Source: Takakia lepidozioides (Eukaryota; Plantae; Bryophyta). From it: 64,000 nt of DNA. A program made the translations under genes and the position numbers. Below are positions 63,396 through 64,000 of this stretch, piece after piece. Below the pieces are notes generated by a model that worked only from the letters and a program-made list of their open reading frames with translations, searched no databases and was not told the origin of the DNA. Where the stretch lies: contig CM060733.1 in NCBI GenBank assembly GCA_030704615.1, forward strand, positions 63,302,001-63,366,000. The letters run 5' to 3'. Numbering within the stretch: the stretch's first letter is position 1; every line of letters starts with the position of its first letter.

Positions 63396-64000
63396 GTGCC
63401 CGAGACCAAGCCCTCTTGGCCAAAAAATAATCCATACATTGCAGGTAACTGGCCTGATGGCAAGACAAGGCTAATAATTTGTGGCAAAGGTCCAGTAGAG
63501 CTTACCAACACTGTTTTCCAAGAGGTTTATGCCATGGTTTGCAAATAAACCTCACTATGCTCCATCCCACACCAGATTCAGGCCTGAAAGAGGCCTGCCA
63601 GTGCCTTATTAGGCTGTCATCTTAAAAATCAGGGCCTCATCTTTCTTAGAACCTAACAGCCACTGAGGCCTTACCCATAAAACTCAAGCCAAAATAGTAC
63701 CTAGCTTAATAATCCACAGGCGCCGCTGTCAAAGATTAAAAGACAAGGTAAGGTCCAGATGCTGGGCTTCAAGAGACAGGCCTGCCAGGCCGAAATGCCC
63801 CATCAAAGGCGGAAAAACATAAGTCAAAAGTAAGCATCAGCATGCCAAACCAGGAGCAAGCGGGCCGAAATCAGGGCTGCAGGTAGCAGCCAAGTCAAGA
63901 CGCCATACACAAGAGGTTCCCTTTGCCCACATCCGTACCTACAAGCTCAAGAGAATTCAAAGCAAGTAGGGATCCTCACCTGGTCCCATCACAAGCCCCC

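Overview
Eukaryotic, TE-saturated plant DNA, probably from a non-seed land plant (inferred from PLS-type PPR repeats, a chromovirus, a Dualen-like LINE and GT-AG introns). I see no intact host gene. The main signal is a family of large Mutator-like (MULE) DNA transposons. Two are complete: element 1 (3175-18973) and element 2 (31269-47123). Each is ~15.8 kb, has a 9-bp TSD, and its removal restores the reading frame of the interrupted host retroelement. Element 3 (50662-54542) is rearranged and interrupted by a Gypsy, and element 4 (~23960-25810) is a deleted remnant. In the complete elements a DDE/SWIM transposase is arranged head-to-head with a multi-exon cargo gene encoding a ParB/Srx-like (DGNHR) domain plus a beta-class N4C/N6A DNA-methyltransferase-like domain. 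The non-coding DNA of each element carries many copies of its own palindrome, all sharing a CGG-NN-CCG core. In element 2 the copies are helically phased, including 29 copies at a 53-bp period. This resembles an element-specific self-recognition or epigenetic-marking system, analogous to parS/ParB or VANDAL/VANC; that function is inference. The background consists of L1-like LINE fragments, a Gypsy 3' end with LTR, a chromovirus, an RNase H + RLE (Dualen/RandI-like) LINE and PPR pseudogenes. The transposase, retroelement and PPR coding regions, and probably the cargo genes, carry stops, frameshifts or deletions.
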